From contig JAUWGH010000006.1 of NCBI GenBank assembly GCA_030606485.1, forward strand, positions 135,966 through 199,965: a stretch of DNA of 64,000 nt. Reading direction: 5' to 3'. Below the pieces are notes generated by a model. It was not told where the DNA came from. It saw nothing but the letters and a program-made list of their open reading frames with translations, and did no database searches. This document shows, piece after piece, positions 17,969-28,606 of this stretch. Origin of the DNA: Promethearchaeota archaeon (GTDB lineage Archaea; Asgardarchaeota; Lokiarchaeia; Sigyniarchaeales; SOKP01). A program made the position numbers and the translations under genes. Position 1 is the stretch's first letter; each line of letters opens with the position of its first letter.

Positions 17969-19432
17969 TCACAAAATTTTCCTTTTTTGACCGTATTCGT
18001 ATAATGCCAAATACGCTTTTGCGGCCCTTTGAATTGTTGGATATATTAAAAAACCATTTTCTTTAAGCATTTTGTAGAATATTTGCCGATCCTCATCAGG
18101 ATATTCATGTAAAATTATTATCAGGATTTTATTAAGAGAACGCACATAATCCTTAATTCGAATTAAATTTTTAAAATAACCTTGGAACCATTGTCCGCCA
18201 AATTTTCCAGGCGTATCTGTTTCTATTATTACCAAATCTATGTTTTCTGAAATGGCAACCTTACAAATTTCATAAAATGCATCAATATAAGTAATCCACG
18301 GTAAATCTAACGGATTAGAATAAGAACCTATCTTTATTGGATAAATTTCCATCAATTTTTCTTTTATTTTCCCTTCAAATAGGGGCATATTTAAACCTAA
18401 TTTGGTTAAGCTATCTGTAGCAAGAATCCCGAATCCTCCAGACCATAAAATCACCAAAGTATTCTTTCCCTTAGGAAATATGAGTTCCTTATTCAATTTT
18501 TCTTGATTTCTTTTATCGCTAAAAAAATTGTAAAACATGTAGGCATAATCAATCATTTGTTCTAGGGACGTATCTACCTCAATTGTAGGTGTTTGTTTAA
18601 TAATAGCATCCCAAATATTTTGTTTTGTTGCAATTGAACCTGTATGACTTAAAACTGCAGTTTGAGAGCGTTTTGATGTTCCTCCATTCATAAACAAAAC
18701 GGGTTTTTTCATATGTTTTAGAACACTGAATAACTTTTTACCTTCTTCCTTATGAAATCTTGAAAATCCTTCGAAATATACGCAAATAATATCTGTTTCT
18801 TCATCCTGATTGTAATATTCTAAAATATCAGAAATTTGCAAATCTACACAATTTCCTATACTAGCGCCTTTAGAAAATTTAAGACCATATCTTAGAAAAC
18901 CAAATTTTATGAGTTTAGTATGTAGATCACCTGAATGGAAAACACTTGCGATATTTCCACTCTCAATTGGGAATAAAAAATGATAAGCATTATGACCCTT
19001 AGGGCAATAAACACCCATACAGTTGGGACCAATTGCTCGCGTATTAATCTCCTCACTATCTAAAATTTCTTTTATTTCTTCTTCGATTTGACTTCCAATT
19101 TCATCAGATTCACCTGTCCCAGCTGTAAATATGTGGAAAAAATTAACCTTTTTAATACTTAAAATTTTTTTTATAGTCTGAACAAGTATCTCTCTCCTAA
19201 CTGCTAATATAAAAAGATCAATTGTGTCTGCAGGAACTTCTTCAATTGTTTTATAACACTTAATATCATAAATTTCTGTTTCTGTGGGAGAGATTAAATA
19301 GAGATTCTCTTTCTTAAATCCCTGTTTTTGAAGACCTTTTATGAAATAACTTAATTTATATTTTGCTTCAAAAATTGCAATATTTTGTGGTTTAAAAAGT
19401 AAATCAAGTGATTTAATATCTTTTTGATCCAT
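17969..19432 (-). CDS. ADP-forming acyl-CoA synthetase, alpha-type subunit (CoA-binding + ligase-CoA domains)
   Basis: RAIGPNCMGVYCP and the phosphohistidine loop LSHTGSIA. 487 aa. No ATP-grasp beta subunit is adjacent. Confidence 0.75.
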   Translation of the reverse strand: MDQKDIKSLDLLFKPQNIAIFEAKYKLSYFIKGLQKQGFKKENLYLISPTETEIYDIKCYKTIEEVPADTIDLFILAVRREILVQTIKKILSIKKVNFFHIFTAGTGESDEIGSQIEEEIKEILDSEEINTRAIGPNCMGVYCPKGHNAYHFLFPIESGNIASVFHSGDLHTKLIKFGFLRYGLKFSKGASIGNCVDLQISDILEYYNQDEETDIICVYFEGFSRFHKEEGKKLFSVLKHMKKPVLFMNGGTSKRSQTAVLSHTGSIATKQNIWDAIIKQTPTIEVDTSLEQMIDYAYMFYNFFSDKRNQEKLNKELIFPKGKNTLVILWSGGFGILATDSLTKLGLNMPLFEGKIKEKLMEIYPIKIGSYSNPLDLPWITYIDAFYEICKVAISENIDLVIIETDTPGKFGGQWFQGYFKNLIRIKDYVRSLNKILIIILHEYPDEDRQIFYKMLKENGFLIYPTIQRAAKAYLALYEYGQKRKIL

Positions 19433-19956
19433 TATTATCTTATTATAGAAATAAAGTAAAAAAAATAACTTTTATTCTTTAAAAATAATTTTTTACTTAA
19501 ATTTTGTTAAATCTAACTATCTTATTTTTTTGATTATTCAAATTATTTTTGATTAGGTAGTCCTAGTAATTAATTACTAAAAATTATATTAAAAACTTAT
19601 TAATTCAGTTTATAATTAAGGAATATATTTAATGCTTAAAATAAATAATTTTTATATAAAATTATCAAAATTGAAATAGATTTTAATTTTATTGATTAAA
19701 AAAACCTTTTAAAGAAAGAATTTTTTTTATAAATTAGTTTTAACTAAATTAAAATGATTGATTAAAAATGAAATTTATGAAAAATTTTTCAATGGAAGCA
19801 AAAGCTGCAATTGCCTTTATTATTGTCTAAATTCTTTTTAAAATAATATTTGAATTCGAGAGTTCATTCATATCAGTGAAATAACAAAAAATTAAACTCA
19901 TTCATTGAGACAATTAATTTAAATATTCTTTAGTTTGAAGATAAAAAACATAATAT

Positions 19957-20607
19957 ATGATGATAAAAATGATACCTCAAATTATATCTGCAATTTTCTT
20001 ATCCGTCCCATTAATTATACTAATAAGTTCCAGTATTCCCTATTGGGCAAGATTTAAAAATATGGATAAATCACCCAAAAAAATACAGTATAAAAAAAAA
20101 TTTCTTTTTTTAATTGCGATAGGTTGGTTATCTATATGGCCAGTTTGGATTGGAAGCGTTATTCTTCTATTTTTAAATAATTTTTATAACATCTTTGGAT
20201 TTTTAACATTTTCTTCACAATTTGAAGTTATACAACAAATTATTGGATTCTTTATTTTTTATATTGGAGATATTACATATAATTTAACTATCATTTTAAC
20301 CGGTCAATATTTATCGCCTTCAACATCTGGACTAGTAGAGGACCACAAATTAATCCAAAAAGGTACATTTAGAATAATAAGACATCCTCTATATGTCAGT
20401 TATTTATTGATTTTGGTGGGATTAAGTTTAATTCTTCTTATCTATTGGCTATTAATTCCTACTATTTTTGTAATTATTGGAATCTATCCAACAGCAAAAA
20501 CAGAAGAGGAGACTTTAATACAACAATACGGAGAGGAATATATTGAATATAAAAGGAAAGTTGGTATGTTTTTTCCTAAGCTTAGGAAATCAAAATCTTA
20601 TAGATAA
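19957..20607 (+). CDS. Second ICMT/PEMT-family membrane methyltransferase
   Basis: Multi-TM. FRIIRHPLYVSYLLILVG...EEETLIQQYGEEYIEYKRKV parallels the motif in 11974..12525. Confidence 0.75.
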   Translation: MMIKMIPQIISAIFLSVPLIILISSSIPYWARFKNMDKSPKKIQYKKKFLFLIAIGWLSIWPVWIGSVILLFLNNFYNIFGFLTFSSQFEVIQQIIGFFIFYIGDITYNLTIILTGQYLSPSTSGLVEDHKLIQKGTFRIIRHPLYVSYLLILVGLSLILLIYWLLIPTIFVIIGIYPTAKTEEETLIQQYGEEYIEYKRKVGMFFPKLRKSKSYR

Positions 20608-20970
20608 TCAACTAAAAAATTGGGATCTCGCTTTTCAGATAATATATTTGATGCAAAATTATCACAAGAATTTAATGAAAATTATTTGAATTAAGTTTGG
20701 AATAACTCCCTTATTCATATAGCCTGAATTCAATTTATTTACCGTTTTTTACCTTCAAGTTATTTAAGAAAGAAAAGATCTTTTATTTCATCGGATAGAT
20801 TGTCTATAGTGCAATTTTCTTTTATTATTCCATCTTTTAATAAAACTTCTAGGTTTTTTCCTCATTTATTCTTCATTATCTAATTTGGATAAATCAATTG
20901 TGTGGGCATGAAATCTTCCTTCAATCTTATGGATCGCGCGGTACATGCATAGAAGCATTTACTTGAACAT

Positions 20971-21408
20971 TTAATTGAAAATATCTTCTACTTGCTTTAG
21001 ACTTTTTCCATGTTTTTTTAATTTAGAAGGAAGTTTTTTAATGATTTTTTCATCTGCAGTGCAAAAAATTTTCCCTGATGCAATACTTATTCCAAGATAG
21101 GAGGCATCATAAATCGATATATCATGGTCAACAGCAATTTTAATCATGTGTTCACGTATCTCATTTTTTATCGTAATTACTTTAAATCCGTAGTTCTCTA
21201 AACTCTCCCCAGCATCATTAAGTTCACTTGGATCAAACAATTTACTATATTTCAAGGCATTCATGACTTCAAAGTATAATAAGGATGGAATGAATAATTC
21301 AATTTGCCCATCTATGAACTTATCTCGCAAGAATATTGCTTTATCTGATTCATTTTCTTCTATAAACCACTTAACTACCACACTAGCATCTATAACTATT
21401 TCGATCAT
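20971..21408 (-). CDS. vapC: PIN-domain toxin (VapC)
   Basis: N-terminal VIDASVVVKW, internal YDASYL, C-terminal CTADEK acidic positions. 145 aa, 23 nt downstream of its antitoxin. Confidence 0.8.
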   Translation of the reverse strand: MIEIVIDASVVVKWFIEENESDKAIFLRDKFIDGQIELFIPSLLYFEVMNALKYSKLFDPSELNDAGESLENYGFKVITIKNEIREHMIKIAVDHDISIYDASYLGISIASGKIFCTADEKIIKKLPSKLKKHGKSLKQVEDIFN

Positions 21409-21431
21409 TTAATATTCCACTTTTTTCTCTT

Positions 21432-21662
21432 CTAATGTCTTTCTTCCCTGAATTTACGAATAATGTTTATGCTATTGAAATTTTCGGGAGCTTTTTTACG
21501 GATCTTTTCGTTCAGCAAGACAGCTTTAGCTTTATTCATCTCGGTTTCATTCTGAATTTCCATTTTAATTGCTTTGCGAATTATCTCACTCCAGTTAAGA
21601 TGCTTAAGTGCATCCATCTTCTTTTTTAATTCAAGATCGATTCTTACACTTATGTTTGTCAT
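21432..21662 (-). CDS. vapB: Ribbon-helix-helix antitoxin (VapB/CopG-like)
   Basis: MTNISVRIDLELKKKMDALKHLNWSEIIRKAI is an RHH beta-strand plus helices. 76 aa, upstream of the PIN gene on the same strand. Confidence 0.7.
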   Translation of the reverse strand: MTNISVRIDLELKKKMDALKHLNWSEIIRKAIKMEIQNETEMNKAKAVLLNEKIRKKAPENFNSINIIRKFREERH

Positions 21663-22323
21663 ATTGTATCAATATATACATGTACTACGTATATATAAAT
21701 ATTTTTCGGAAAAAATTATCTGATTTGAATTTATTTTTAAAAGATTCGATTCAAGGGAAAAAATAGGTTAAGTTGTCTAAGTAAATTATACTCGATATGT
21801 TTATAAGCTTAGATATTCATTAGTATTGTGAAAAAGGAGGATTATTTTATTGATTGATAAAAACGAGCTATTAAAACTCTTACCGAAATTGATAAGAGAA
21901 GATGATGAGATTCGAGGAAATTCATAGAAGATTTGAAGAAGCTGCTAAAGAAAGAAGAGATATACAAGAAAGCATGGTTGTATTACAAGAAACTATGGGT
22001 GAAGTTCTCCAAAAAGTTGATAGAATTGAAACTAATGTTAAAAATGGAAATAAGGAGATTATGGACTATCTCAAAGAACAATTTGAAACAGAAGAGTGAA
22101 TGTCTGGCTTTTTTTAAATAAATAATTGTTTTAATATTGAATAAAAACCAAAAAATGAGGTCGCAAATTAATCTTTACGACTATTTTTAGCAGTAATTAC
22201 ATTAAGAATGCAATTAACTATTTTATTTATCAACATACCTTTTACCAAATTTTTTTTAAATTTATTCTAATTAAATATAATTAATCGATTAATTCATTAA
22301 AAAATTAAATATTCAGGTTAATT

Positions 22324-22734
22324 TTACGTTAAATAACTTGATAAAAAATTTTTAAATGCTTCTTTAACATCTCTTGTGATATGATGTTCAATTTCACAAG
22401 ATATTTTTTCCACAAGAGGTTTATCATCAATTTTTAATACTTTTCCAAAAAAAACATTCAATAACGCTTCAATTTCTATTAATTGGTTCGCGACTTGTTT
22501 CCCTTTTTTGGTTAATCTTATCGCTTTTCTAGGTGTCCAATTAATTAAATTTCTTTTTTTTAGTTTGTGTAACATTTCAGATATACTGGGAGGCTCAACT
22601 TCTAAACTTTCTGCAACTTCCTTATTCGTAGCCCACCCTCCCCTTTTTTTTCGAGAAACTTGATAGATTCTCTTTAAATACATTTGATAACTTTCTGGAA
22701 AATCTGAAATTTGGATTTCTTTTTCCTTACTCAT
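22324..22734 (-). CDS. DtxR/MntR-family metal-dependent transcriptional repressor (two-domain form)
   Basis: YLKRIYQVS...ATNKEVAESLEVEPPSISEMLHKLKKRNLI...LTKKGKQVANQLIE...CEIEHHI (wHTH plus dimerisation/metal helix). Confidence 0.8.
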   Translation of the reverse strand: MSKEKEIQISDFPESYQMYLKRIYQVSRKKRGGWATNKEVAESLEVEPPSISEMLHKLKKRNLINWTPRKAIRLTKKGKQVANQLIEIEALLNVFFGKVLKIDDKPLVEKISCEIEHHITRDVKEAFKNFLSSYLT

Positions 22735-23339
22735 ATAAACTCTATATTTTTTTTATAATTCAAATAAACTTTTTTTAAATTCTTCTACTAGAAAAATATT
22801 AATCTAAGATATTTAAAGATTTTAAATAATTTTCTACCATCTTTATTTAAGATATAATATTTTTTCCATATTCCCATTAAATTTTTTCTCTTCTACCTTC
22901 ACCTATAAAAGGAAAGTAATAAAATACTAAATCAGAAAGAAATATGCGAATATTATTAATTATAGTATGTAATTTAATGAATAAATATTATTAATAATTA
23001 TTCTATAATATATTTTATTTATTGGATTGGATAAATCTTATTTTTATCAGACTAATTTACTATTATATTTATGTAATCCGAAATATTTATATATGAAAAT
23101 TAATGATTTCATTATAAAATAAAAAATTAGCTAAACCTAAATTCAAATTTCTTTTCTTATAAAAATAATTATATATAAAAATAAACATTCTAATAAATCA
23201 AAGATAGAGATAAATAAAAATAAAATTTATGAGCAAATTCATAATTTGGGATTCAATCTGAAAATTTAAATATAATTGAATGAAAAAATTATTAAATGAA
23301 TTAAAAAATAAGCTAAATAAAAGTTAAAGGAATTCAAAA

Positions 23340-23975
23340 ATGTCTAATCACGTTAGAAAGCAAAAAGAACCAAAAACAATTGTAAAAGAGAATATTTTGC
23401 GAGTAATGTTGGAAGAGCCATCAAGATCAAAAGAGATTGGAAAAGTGCGTGAATTATCTAAGGAATTTATCATTCTTGGATCATGGCAAATAGATCTTGA
23501 TGTATATTTTATGGAGGTATTAGATGATCTCCAAGTGGCTGGATTGCTTACTATTAATCAAAATCAAGTTTCAATCACTAAAGATGGACTGATTGAAGCA
23601 GCAAATATTTTATCAAAACATCAAGCAATTGAGAAATTCTTCATGAAAGATCTAGACAAGAATGAAGCCCATATAGCAGCAGGCATTCTAGAACACTTTA
23701 TTTCAAAAGAAGTACTTGAGAATATGAATCGGATAAGATCCCTTGAAGAAAACGGTATTGAATTAATTAATTTCACCTCTGATGAGGGAATTATAACTGC
23801 GCTAATAATTGATGACACACAATTATTTGAGAGAATGGTCAGTATGGGTATTTGTCCGGGTGAAAGGATAAAAATTATTGCAAAAGTAGCTGCTGGTTTT
23901 ATTGTAAAATTAAAGCACACACAGATTGCAATTGATAATTCATTATGTAATAAAATTCTGGTCGCGATGATATGA
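23340..23975 (+). CDS. DtxR-like regulator with C-terminal FeoA/SH3-like domain
   Basis: The central HQAIEKFFMKDL...EAHIAAGILEHFIS resembles the DtxR dimerisation domain. The C-terminal MGICPGERIKIIAKVAAGFIVKLKHTQIAID is FeoA-like. Its stop overlaps the feoB start by 4 nt. Confidence 0.65.
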   Translation: MSNHVRKQKEPKTIVKENILRVMLEEPSRSKEIGKVRELSKEFIILGSWQIDLDVYFMEVLDDLQVAGLLTINQNQVSITKDGLIEAANILSKHQAIEKFFMKDLDKNEAHIAAGILEHFISKEVLENMNRIRSLEENGIELINFTSDEGIITALIIDDTQLFERMVSMGICPGERIKIIAKVAAGFIVKLKHTQIAIDNSLCNKILVAMI

Positions 23976-26041
23976 CTAAACGCAATATACTAGAATCAGA
24001 TCAACAATGGCAAAAGGATCAAAATATTGACCATGTTGAGAAAATCAAAAAAAAGATAAAATTTGATTTTAAAATAGATAGAGCCCCAAAAAAAGATAAA
24101 ATAAAAATAACATTTATCGGACAACCAAATGTTGGTAAAAGTTCTTTATTAAATGCTTTAGTAGGAACGAAAATTGAGGTCTCCAATTATCCTGGAACTT
24201 CTGTTGAAATCACCCAAGCAGAAAAGATAATGAAGGTTTTCAGCAAAGATAAACGAGAAATTAGTAAAATAAAATATATTTTCATAGATACACCTGGAAT
24301 ATATTCTATTTCAGATCGAAGTCCTGAAGAAACAATAACAAAGAGGGCAATTTTTTCATCAAAAGAAAATGATATTATAATATTGATTGCTGATGTCAAT
24401 GCGCTTGAAAGGAGTCTCTATTTTGCTTTGCAAATTTTAGAATCTGGAAAAAATCTAATATTAGGTCTTAACTTTGTGGAAGATGCATATAAGAAAGGGA
24501 TTAGTGTCAATATTACGAAATTAAGTCAAATTTTAGGTGTTCCAGCAGTTAGATTCAACCCTATTACCAAGAATATTAAAGATTTACTTATTACCGCAAC
24601 AAAAAGGTCAAATAATATTTCCGCAGAAAACTTTAATGTTAAATATGATGATCATATTGAAAGATTGATTAAATATGCTTCAGAAATAATAAAAAGCGAT
24701 CTCCCACCAAGATTTATTGGCGTTAGGCTATTAGAAGAAGACCCAGATTTCTTAGAACTTATCTCAAATGAACAATTACAGAAATTAAAAGAGGAAAAAA
24801 AAGAAATTGCTTCCGAACACCCAAATATAAAAGAAGAAATATCAAAAACTCGTTTTGGGACTGCAGCCTATATTGCAGAGAAATCAACTCATATCGTAAA
24901 GATCGAAAAGGAATTTAAAAAGAAACAACCAATCATGGATCGAGTTTTATTTCATAGGTTTTGGGGGCCTATATTTACTTTATTTTTCTTTTTAGGTTTG
25001 TTCTTCGTATTACTTATTGTCGGAGGTGAAATTGAAGAATTACTTGTTTTACTTGGAGATTTTGTTATAGAATTAATACCTGAAGATGAGTGGGCTATAG
25101 GAGATTTTTCGTTCCTTAATCTTTTGCGTGAGGGTTTAGCTGGGGGTTTTGCGGGGATTGCAATCGCACTACCTTACGTCCTTTTATTCTATCTTATATT
25201 AGGCTTTACTGAGGATATTGGACTGTTGCCAAGATTTGTTGTAAATATTGAAAAAATCTTCAGTTTCTTTGGGCTTCCTTCTAAAAGCTTTATTACTATG
25301 ATTTTAGGTGTAGGTTGTACTGTTCCTGCAATAACTTCAACTAGGATTATCCCTCAAAAGAGTGATAGACTTAAGACTGCATGCTTGTTTGCATTTATTC
25401 CTTGCTCATCACGAATTGGAATTATAATGGGTGTAGTGGGGTTCTATGGAGGATTCATTATTGCATTAGCAACTTTCGGAACCATTTTCATTGCTATGAT
25501 GATTTGGGCATTTATAATGAAGCGGATAATGAAGGCGAAGCCAGATCCAATGTTAATTGAACTTCCAGCCTATAGAAGACCTATAATCAATAATGTATTT
25601 TCAAAAAGCTGGCTTAGAATGAAAAGTTTCATATATGTAGTCATCCCTCTCCTTATAGGAGGCGGAATCATTTACTCAATATTAGATCAATTAGGAATTA
25701 CTGCGTTAATAATTGAACCATTTAGACCTTTTATGGAAATTGTTTTCAACCTACCTGGGGAAACAATTGTTCCACTTGTTTTTGGCTTTGTCCAGAAAGA
25801 TTTAACCGGAGCAATGCTTTTATCTGTTTTTGAAATCGAAGATGGTCTACTTCCTCTCACAAATATACAACTCTACACTTTTGGTCTCGCTTCATGTATT
25901 GGAGTTCCATGTATAATTGCACTTGGTACAATGTTCAAGGAATACGGATTGAAAAATAGTCTCATAACTCTATTTTCTATGATTCTATACGGAACTTTCA
26001 TTTCGAATATTGCCTGGAGAGTTGCAATATTATTCATATAA
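23972..26041 (+). CDS. feoB: Ferrous iron transporter FeoB
   Basis: N-terminal G-domain ITFIGQPNVGKSSLLNAL, DTPG and a polytopic C-terminal permease. 689 aa. Confidence 0.9.
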   Translation: MTKRNILESDQQWQKDQNIDHVEKIKKKIKFDFKIDRAPKKDKIKITFIGQPNVGKSSLLNALVGTKIEVSNYPGTSVEITQAEKIMKVFSKDKREISKIKYIFIDTPGIYSISDRSPEETITKRAIFSSKENDIIILIADVNALERSLYFALQILESGKNLILGLNFVEDAYKKGISVNITKLSQILGVPAVRFNPITKNIKDLLITATKRSNNISAENFNVKYDDHIERLIKYASEIIKSDLPPRFIGVRLLEEDPDFLELISNEQLQKLKEEKKEIASEHPNIKEEISKTRFGTAAYIAEKSTHIVKIEKEFKKKQPIMDRVLFHRFWGPIFTLFFFLGLFFVLLIVGGEIEELLVLLGDFVIELIPEDEWAIGDFSFLNLLREGLAGGFAGIAIALPYVLLFYLILGFTEDIGLLPRFVVNIEKIFSFFGLPSKSFITMILGVGCTVPAITSTRIIPQKSDRLKTACLFAFIPCSSRIGIIMGVVGFYGGFIIALATFGTIFIAMMIWAFIMKRIMKAKPDPMLIELPAYRRPIINNVFSKSWLRMKSFIYVVIPLLIGGGIIYSILDQLGITALIIEPFRPFMEIVFNLPGETIVPLVFGFVQKDLTGAMLLSVFEIEDGLLPLTNIQLYTFGLASCIGVPCIIALGTMFKEYGLKNSLITLFSMILYGTFISNIAWRVAILFI

Positions 26042-26612
26042 TTTTTTTTATTTCGTTTAAATTTAATCAACAAATATACATCTTTTTTTTTATAGGATTA
26101 ATCTGAGTAATTCGTATTTTAGAAGGTCAAATTAAAGAAATTCATAATATTTAATTATTTTTTAGAATATTTTCTCCCATTTTCTTTTTAAATTATTTCA
26201 AAAAAATTTATTAATAAGTTAGTTATTTACTAATTAGGTATGTCTAAATATAAGATCAAAATTTTAAAAAAAAAGTCAGATGGATATATTGAATTCTTTT
26301 AAATTAACTTATTGATAATTAATAAAGAATTAATTGATATAAAATCATTATATAATAAATCTTTTATTTTCCAGTGGTTGTTAAAACATTTAATAAAAAA
26401 ATTGGAAAATACTTACTTTATCAAGATTTTATGTAATAATTGTGATATGAGAAAATATAAATGGTGTATTGGGCATTGTGCGGTTCATAAAGGTAATCTC
26501 ACCAATGTCTTTGGTAATGTATTGGGTCTCTCTAATAAAGGGAGACATGCATTATAAAAAGCACATATTAAAATTTCAAAAAAAAAAATATAAGAAAAAA
26601 AGGTATTCTAAC

Positions 26613-27395
26613 ATGTTAGAAATTAAAAATTTGCATGTAAAAATTGAAAGTAAAGAGATATTACATGGTATAAACCTCACTATACCTGATGGTGAAGTAC
26701 ATGCTTTATTGGGATCAAATGGTTCTGGTAAAACTACCCTCATGATGACAATCATGGGTTACCCAGAGTATGAAGTAACAAAAGGAGAAATAATTATTAA
26801 TGGTAACGATATTTTAGATCTGGATATTACTGAGAGAGCGAAATTAGGTATAGGTATTTCTCAACAAAAGCCACCAACAATTAAAGGAGTAAAATTAAGG
26901 CAGATATTGGATTTTTTTATCGAATCCAATTCAAAAAGGAAAGAATATATTGATATTATGGTTGAGAAATTCAATATGGATAAGTTCTTAGATAGGGATA
27001 TTAACTCTGGCCTTTCATGTGGTGAAATAAAGCGATCAGAGTTATTTCAAGTTATGGTATCTCTTCCGAAATTTTTAATGTTGGATGAACCAGATTCAGG
27101 TATTGACCCCGAGCAGCTTGCAATAATTGGTGGTGTAATTAATGAATGTCTTAGGATCAAAGACCACCGAGGGCCAACCATAAAGCGAAATACAAGCTTA
27201 ATTATTACTCATTTAGGTAATATTCTAGATTATGTACATGTAGATTGCGCCCACCTACTACTTGATGGTTCAATACGTTGTAATGGTAATGCGATGATTA
27301 TGCTGAATCAAATAAAGAAAGCGGGGTATGAATACTGTATACGTTGCCAAAAATTGACTCAAGATAATTTTGAGAAGGAGGAATTAAAATGTTAA
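26613..27395 (+). CDS. sufC: Fe-S cluster assembly ATPase SufC
   Basis: The ATG at 26613 gives MLEIKNLHVKI.... Walker A GSNGSGKTT, signature LSCGEIKRSE, Walker B LMLDEPDSGID, H-loop ITH. The ORF-track start at 26469 adds an implausible N-terminal extension. Confidence 0.85.
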   Translation: MLEIKNLHVKIESKEILHGINLTIPDGEVHALLGSNGSGKTTLMMTIMGYPEYEVTKGEIIINGNDILDLDITERAKLGIGISQQKPPTIKGVKLRQILDFFIESNSKRKEYIDIMVEKFNMDKFLDRDINSGLSCGEIKRSELFQVMVSLPKFLMLDEPDSGIDPEQLAIIGGVINECLRIKDHRGPTIKRNTSLIITHLGNILDYVHVDCAHLLLDGSIRCNGNAMIMLNQIKKAGYEYCIRCQKLTQDNFEKEELKC

Positions 27396-28606
27396 ATAAT
27401 AAAGAGAGAAAATTAGCTTTAAATGTTAAAGAGAATGAAGAGATTAATCTTGATGAATATAATTTCTCTACATTCAGGAATGAACAACCCTCAGCAATAG
27501 ATTCAATCCATGAACTAGAAAATAATGAAGTTGATTCTTTGGCATCAGTAGGGGTATTAATGGAAGAAGAGAACCGTTCAGGAACGTATCTTTTATATGG
27601 TCATGATGCTTTCACAATTGCAAGACAAATTGAGGGATTTGAATGCTTGCCCATTGCTGAAGCTTTACAGAAATACCACTGGCTAAGTGATAAATACTGG
27701 TTTAAAGCACTGAAGAAAGATCTAGATAAATATACATCTGCTATATCCTCAACTATTCCTAGTGGTTATTTTATTCTTGTAAAAAAGGGTGTCAAAATTG
27801 AGTTCCCATTTCAAGCTGGTCTCTTCATGAATCAAGAAAACGATGCCATGAGCCTTCACAATGTTGTAATCCTCGAAGAAGGAGCGGAAATACATCTCAT
27901 TACAGGTTGCACCAATAAACATAAAATAAGGAAGGGACTCCATCTTGCAATTAGTGAGCATTTCATTGGAAGAAATGCAAAACTAACCAATTCTATGATC
28001 CATAATTGGGGTCCTGAATTAGAAGTTAGACCTAGAGGTGGCACGATAGTAGAAGAGGGTGGAACGTATATCAGTAACTATTTTTCTCTTAGGCCAGCCA
28101 AGAGCGTTCAGATGGATCCATTCACTCATTTGAAAGGAGATAATAGCTCTGCAAAATATCTTACCGTCATCCTAAGTACTCCGGGAACTTTTGCGGATTT
28201 AGGTGGGAGAATTTTGATGACTGGTAAAAATTCAGGTGCAGAACTCGTTGCAAGAGCTGTTTGCCAAGGTGGGCACGTAATACAGACTGGTTTAATAATT
28301 GGAGCTGCTTCAAATTGTCATGCCCACGTTGATTGCGCTGGGTTGATGATGAGCGAAAAAGGAATGATTGAAGCGATACCCGGATTACGCGCTATGCATC
28401 CTGAAGCTAGAATGAGCCATGAAGCATCAATTGGGCGAGTTGCTCCAGGTCAAGTTGCTTATCTCCTATCGAAGGGACTTACTGAAGAAGAAGCATTATC
28501 GATGATTGTTCGAGGATTCTTGGATATAGGAGTGGAAATTTTTATTCCTGAATTGGATTCGGCTATTTCAGAGATTGCGGAGATATCAGGACATGGAGAA
28601 GAATAA
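27389..28606 (+). CDS. SufB/SufD-family Fe-S assembly scaffold protein
   Basis: 405 aa. The beta-helix-type C-terminal region has the conserved ...HEASIGRV...QVAYLLSKGLTEEEALSMIVRGF. Its start overlaps the sufC stop by 7 nt and is preceded by GGAGG. Confidence 0.8.
   Translation: MLNNKERKLALNVKENEEINLDEYNFSTFRNEQPSAIDSIHELENNEVDSLASVGVLMEEENRSGTYLLYGHDAFTIARQIEGFECLPIAEALQKYHWLSDKYWFKALKKDLDKYTSAISSTIPSGYFILVKKGVKIEFPFQAGLFMNQENDAMSLHNVVILEEGAEIHLITGCTNKHKIRKGLHLAISEHFIGRNAKLTNSMIHNWGPELEVRPRGGTIVEEGGTYISNYFSLRPAKSVQMDPFTHLKGDNSSAKYLTVILSTPGTFADLGGRILMTGKNSGAELVARAVCQGGHVIQTGLIIGAASNCHAHVDCAGLMMSEKGMIEAIPGLRAMHPEARMSHEASIGRVAPGQVAYLLSKGLTEEEALSMIVRGFLDIGVEIFIPELDSAISEIAEISGHGEE

Noticed and set aside
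20608-20970. A possible gene remnant between the ICMT-like gene and vapC, including a locally GC-richer patch (GGATCGCGCGGTACATGC near 20930).
   Set aside because: All six frames are broken by stops within a few dozen codons. I could fold no tRNA-like cloverleaf, T-loop or C/D-box motif by eye. The evidence is insufficient for any call.
26312-26612. The TTG-started ORF 26312..26557 and the 48-codon N-terminal extension of the ORF-track sufC call (26469).
   Set aside because: The SufC homology begins exactly at the ATG at 26613 (MLEIKNLHV...). The upstream ORFs overlap each other in different frames and have no motifs. I kept the region only as a possible RNA leader.
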